Below, in pieces: positions 13,976 through 17,507 of a DNA stretch of 17,507 bases. The notes beneath the pieces were generated by a model. It searched no databases. It had not been told where the DNA came from and saw nothing but the letters and a program-made list of their open reading frames with translations. The DNA is taken from assembly GCA_008932965.1 (NCBI GenBank), contig WBXG01000037.1:1-17507 (forward strand). The letters are read 5' to 3'. Source of the DNA: Verrucomicrobiota bacterium. GTDB lineage: Bacteria > Verrucomicrobiota > Verrucomicrobiia > Chthoniobacterales > UBA6821. Within the stretch, counting starts at the first letter, position 1. Every line of letters starts with the position of its first letter. The translations under genes and the position numbers were made by a program.

Positions 13976-15850
13976 TCATTCACATAGAGGGGTTGTGAGT
14001 GCTCTGCCAATGTTAAGGTGGCGTTGATCGATGATTTTTCCTTCGAGCCCAGGGCTATGATCTGCGTTGGCCAGAAGGTGTTTGATTAAGCTTTGATACG
14101 AGGCTTGAGGACAATGTTTTTTGAGTAATACAAGAGAACCAGTGACAAAGGCTGTTGCCATTGAGGTCCCTGAATAGCGTACATAGGAGCTATCCGATTC
14201 ATTCGATGTAGAGAGAATATCGCATCCAGGAGCTGCGATATGCACACTCTTAGCTCCGTAATTGGAAGTGGAACTCAGCTCTATCGTGCTCGACCAAGAA
14301 AATCCTGAAGCTGCTACGGAAATAATATTATCTAGGCCGTAGCCAACGCTATAGCCTGCTGGAAAGGTCGGATGTTCGTCATTGTTATATTGGATTGTTT
14401 GTGTTACTTGGCAATGATCCTGCCGTTGTGTGATCGTAGCATCCGGGAGTTTCTCAGGCTTTGAAATCTGGGAGGGGTTAGAATATGTTTTTTTGACTGT
14501 TGCTGCATTTCCTGCTGCAGCAACAATCATCACCCCTGCTCTTTGAGCTTTCTGCAAGCACTCAACGAGCATAGGAGAGCTCGTAGATTCATATGAGTGA
14601 TCGTAATCACCCAGCTTGTTGGGATTAACATGGCTCGGATTTAAATAATTTGTCATCACAAAGCTACAATTTAATATCGATGCTCCATGCCTGACGGCAT
14701 AGTCGATACAGGTAATCAGGTCGCTCTCGGTTCCCACACCAGCCGAATTTTCTGAGTCCTTCAAACATCGGCATGCCATTAGTTTGACCTTGGGAGCAAC
14801 TCCAAAGGTCCCCCTGTGGACTCCGCCATCTTTACTAATACCCATCCCCCCAATAATACCTGCAATATGCGTTCCATGTCCTGTTTTACTAATATCCATC
14901 GATGCATCGTTTTCATTAATCATATCAATACCATGGAGACTCCCCTCCTTTTCTTCAGCAGGATCAGACCAGAGGTTTCCGCTAAGATCTTCGTGCGTTA
15001 ATCGAATGCCAGAGTCTAGAACGGCCACGATCGGCAGGGTGGCATCATTCATTAAAGAGGGAGTCTCTGGGGGCTCGACCTGCCAGGCATCATAAGCATC
15101 AATCCCTCCACACTCCCTCCATAATCCCCATTGATTTTCTAAATTCCAAAATGATGGAAGATAGCTAGGAATATTACTACTACAGGAATGGAGCATCCAC
15201 ACAGGCTCTGCCCTCACTCCATCGAGCGAGGCAATCTTTTCTAATGCCTCAGGAATCGCTTCTAACGAACTACTACGAAGCGTTAGATCATAAAGAAAAC
15301 CCTCTGGAGTTACTTTGTTAATAGCAGAGGCCCCAAAATTTTTGAGAAAATGCTGAGGATCCTCACCTATTGGGAGTGTAACTAAAAGATGATCTGCGAG
15401 CATCTCTCCTCGATCCATAAGTTCACCACTCTGATCATCAACAATCTCTTCGGTACGAATCAGTCCGGAAGTAGAAGTGCGGGAAGTAAAAGCTGTTTTT
15501 AAAATACGATGGTAGATTTTTTCATGACGTTGGGATCCTGCTAGCCAAGCTAGTTCAGCGGCCTCTTGGACCACCGCTCTAGGATAAAAAAGTAATTCTT
15601 CCTCAGAGGGTTCCTGCAAAGGGGCAGGAGTACCATGGAGTGAAGTTCGCTTGGATGTGGCCACAGAAATTGATTTGCGTGGCGTGATTGAATGGAGCGA
15701 TGAAGCAGCATGGGAGAGCTTGTTAACTTCGGTTTTCTTTTCTTGAGATAAAAAGGAGCGTCCTTTCCAAAAGATAAGAGCAATCAGTAATGGTGCAACG
15801 GCTAGGAAGAGGAGATAACAACGTTTTGAGGTAAATAAGGAAAAGCGCAT
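13976..15850 (-). CDS. S8-family (subtilisin-like) serine protease, membrane-anchored or secreted
   Basis: The catalytic triad contexts are VAVLDSGI (Asp), GHGTHIAGIIGG (His) and SGTSMATAFVTG (Ser). There is an N-terminal hydrophobic anchor (CYLLFLAVAPLLIALIFW) and a long pro-region. Confidence 0.88.
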   Translation of the reverse strand: MRFSLFTSKRCYLLFLAVAPLLIALIFWKGRSFLSQEKKTEVNKLSHAASSLHSITPRKSISVATSKRTSLHGTPAPLQEPSEEELLFYPRAVVQEAAELAWLAGSQRHEKIYHRILKTAFTSRTSTSGLIRTEEIVDDQSGELMDRGEMLADHLLVTLPIGEDPQHFLKNFGASAINKVTPEGFLYDLTLRSSSLEAIPEALEKIASLDGVRAEPVWMLHSCSSNIPSYLPSFWNLENQWGLWRECGGIDAYDAWQVEPPETPSLMNDATLPIVAVLDSGIRLTHEDLSGNLWSDPAEEKEGSLHGIDMINENDASMDISKTGHGTHIAGIIGGMGISKDGGVHRGTFGVAPKVKLMACRCLKDSENSAGVGTESDLITCIDYAVRHGASILNCSFVMTNYLNPSHVNPNKLGDYDHSYESTSSPMLVECLQKAQRAGVMIVAAAGNAATVKKTYSNPSQISKPEKLPDATITQRQDHCQVTQTIQYNNDEHPTFPAGYSVGYGLDNIISVAASGFSWSSTIELSSTSNYGAKSVHIAAPGCDILSTSNESDSSYVRYSGTSMATAFVTGSLVLLKKHCPQASYQSLIKHLLANADHSPGLEGKIIDQRHLNIGRALTTPLCE

Positions 15851-15923
15851 GAATGGGGAGATAAAATGAAAAGCTGTTACCTGTTTTACACAAAATTAAT
15901 TCGTTAGGGTGTTAAGTGCGATT

Positions 15924-16107
15924 TAACCCGGATATTTCATACTGAAGTGTCATGAGGCGCCGTGCAAAGCTTATTAGTACAAGGCGGGCGAAGGATTGGG
16001 ATGCCGGGCTGTATGTCTCATACTGCCCAAATCACAATTCGAGACCAACGCAGTAATGATGAGCTTTCCACAAGCCGTAATAGATTTAGTATGAAATATG
16101 CGGGTTA
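15924..16107. mobile_element. MITE-like imperfect-palindrome repeat, copy G (full length, 184 bp, TA on both flanks)
   Basis: TA|ACCCGGATATTTCATACTGAAGTGTCATGAGG...TTTAGTATGAAATATGCGGGT|TA. The left 109 nt nearly equal copy B. The right 73 nt are the reverse complement of the left arm of copy D. Confidence 0.92.
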
Positions 16108-17336
16108 ACAGCAAGCAACGTCAACTTCTCAAAGAGACTCTTGGCATGAGAGAGGAGTTTTTCCCGCTCATCACCAACGAGAGTAAAATGACCCATCTTG
16201 CGACCTGGCATGGCCTCTTTTTTCCCGTAGAGATGGAGGTGCAGATGCGGCTCGGCAAGGAGAAGATCCCAATGGGGCTCACCTGCCTGCCAAAGATCAC
16301 CTAAAAGATTGACCATCACTGCCTCCGACACTAACTCGGTTGACCCAAGGGGAAGACCTACAACAGCACGAATCACTTGTTCGAACTGGCTTGTCTTAGA
16401 GGATTCCAAACTGTGATGCCCCGAATTATGCGGACGTGGGGCAAGTTCATTAACAAGAAATGTTCCATCAGCAAGGAGAAATAATTCTACTGTAATGAGT
16501 CCAACAACCCCAAGAGCCTCTGCAATAGCCGTTCCTAGTGCCTCTCCTGGTGCCTCTCCTGGTGCCTCCCCTGGAAAGCAAGGAGAGGTAATGGTGATAT
16601 CAAGAATACCATGACGATGATGGTTTTCTTGCATGGGAAAAGAGAGCACTTCTCCCTGAAGCGACCGTGCTGTGATGATAGAGGCCTCGTTGACAAAAGA
16701 GATTTTTTTTTCTAGTACCGCACGTGGTGTCTTAAGTGCATCCCAAGCAGCAGCACAATCATCACCTGGTTCAAGAGGAGACTGTCCCTTTCCATCGTAT
16801 CCGAGCGTTGCCGTTTTTAGAATGCAGGGAGCATTAAAAAAATGCAGAGCTTTTTCGAGTTCCTCCTTTGAGGTAATAACCTTAAAAGGAGCAATAGGAA
16901 ATCCATGGGCACGAAGAAATTCTTTTTCTAAAATACGATCTTGGCAAATGTGAACTACCTCCGGCTTTGGATAGACCGGCTTGAGCAAGGCCAGTTCTTG
17001 CAATGCAGCTACTGGAATATTTTCAAATTCCAAAGTAATCACGTCGACTCTTTGAGCAAAACGTTGTAGAGCATCATGATCATCGAAAGATCCTGTGATC
17101 ATCTCATCTGCAACACTAGAGGCAGGCCCATCGGCAATCTTATCAAATACGCAAACACGGTATCCTAAGCGTTGAGCAGCTTGAGCCATCATCATACCTA
17201 GTTGGCCACTTCCTAAAATCCCAATACAGGAACCAGGCACTAATGGTTCTAATGGCAAGGTGGGGCTTAAACTAGATATTTTATGCTCATGATCTTCTGA
17301 AGTCAGGAAGCCAGATGGATGCTGTGTTAAGGTCAT
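16086..17336 (-). CDS. purK: N5-carboxyaminoimidazole ribonucleotide synthase (PurK, ATP-grasp)
   Basis: 416 aa. Motifs: GILGSGQLGMMMAQAAQRLGY, ATP-grasp core, NELAPRPHNSGH and GRKMGHFT. It has an unusual N-terminal extension of about 35 aa, an in-frame (PGEA)3 repeat, and final codons plus stop that lie inside MITE G. Confidence 0.9.
   Translation of the reverse strand: MTLTQHPSGFLTSEDHEHKISSLSPTLPLEPLVPGSCIGILGSGQLGMMMAQAAQRLGYRVCVFDKIADGPASSVADEMITGSFDDHDALQRFAQRVDVITLEFENIPVAALQELALLKPVYPKPEVVHICQDRILEKEFLRAHGFPIAPFKVITSKEELEKALHFFNAPCILKTATLGYDGKGQSPLEPGDDCAAAWDALKTPRAVLEKKISFVNEASIITARSLQGEVLSFPMQENHHRHGILDITITSPCFPGEAPGEAPGEALGTAIAEALGVVGLITVELFLLADGTFLVNELAPRPHNSGHHSLESSKTSQFEQVIRAVVGLPLGSTELVSEAVMVNLLGDLWQAGEPHWDLLLAEPHLHLHLYGKKEAMPGRKMGHFTLVGDEREKLLSHAKSLFEKLTLLAVNPHISY
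16539..16574. repeat. 3 x 12-bp perfect or near-perfect tandem repeat inside purK
   Basis: TGCCTCTCCTGG at 16539-16550, TGCCTCTCCTGG at 16551-16562 and TGCCTCCCCTGG at 16563-16574. On the coding strand it encodes GEAPGEAPGEA. Confidence 0.95.
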
Positions 17337-17361
17337 TTTATTTACTACATTTGAAGAGTCT

Positions 17362-17390
17362 TAGGCTCGATATTTCATACTGAAGTGTCC
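17362..17390. mobile_element. MITE left-end fragment, interrupted by the next copy
   Basis: TA|GGCTCGATATTTCATACTGAAGTGTCC matches the first ~25 nt of the left arm of copies G and B (GGATATTTCATACTGAAGTGTCATGAGG). It then breaks off exactly where a new terminus (TA|GCCCGGATATTTCATACTGA) begins. Confidence 0.8.
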
Positions 17391-17507
17391 TAGCCCGGAT
17401 ATTTCATACTGATTCTGCTGCGGCTTGCGAACACCTGATGGATACTGCGTCAGCCTCGAATTGCTCCTCGGGCAGTATGAAACATACAGCCGTCGTCGCA
17501 ATCCATC
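17391..17507. mobile_element. MITE-like imperfect-palindrome repeat, copy H (truncated by the window end)
   Basis: TA|GCCCGGATATTTCATACTGATTCTGCTGCGGCTTGCGAACACCTGATGGATACTGCGT is the reverse complement of the right arm of copy D (about 5 mismatches in 60). The stretch 17450-17491 is identical to D 4479-4520. Confidence 0.88.

Noticed and set aside
13972-13992. The hairpin CCCCTC-N9-GAGGGG at the convergent junction of the cyclophilin and protease genes could be a bidirectional terminator.
   Set aside because: The stem is only 6 bp with a 9-nt loop, there is no U-tract on either strand, and it overlaps the protease coding end. It is not convincing.

Overview
17.5-kb chromosomal window of moderate GC (mid-40s % by eye) from a diderm bacterium. 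The gene content is an OprB-type porin, a TonB-dependent receptor plus TonB, an MqnA/MqnD-type futalosine-pathway protein and a bS22-like micro-protein, and Shine-Dalgarno sequences are almost absent. This is compatible with a PVC/Verrucomicrobia-like organism, but that is only a guess. I support 15 protein genes, mostly unrelated housekeeping or envelope functions in mixed orientation: porin, parB, lipoate-ligase-like, mqnA/D-like, an exported hypothetical, a bS22-like 34-aa ORF missing from the ORF track, tonB, the TonB-dependent receptor, a small membrane protein, two PqiA-family halves, aguB, a cyclophilin, an S8 protease and purK. There is also one tRNA-Gly(GCC). The standout feature is not a gene cluster. 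It is a very dense family of 140-185-bp, TA-flanked, imperfectly palindromic non-coding elements (MITE/Correia-like). Their termini read TA|RCCCGGATATTTCATACTGA...TCAGTATGAAATATCCGGGY|TA. Eleven copies or fragments fill nearly every intergenic gap, about 1.5 kb or roughly 9% of the window. The copies are mosaics of exchangeable arm modules that recur in both orientations. One copy is inserted inside another. Two copies sit exactly on stop codons and regenerate them. Two copies have rewritten the C-terminal codons of genes (purK and a pqiA-like gene). Several copies end within 3-27 nt of start codons. They also generate spurious or over-extended ORFs in the six-frame track. I do not recognise the sequence as any named repeat family. 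No transposase, CRISPR array, integron or defence-type operon is visible in the window.
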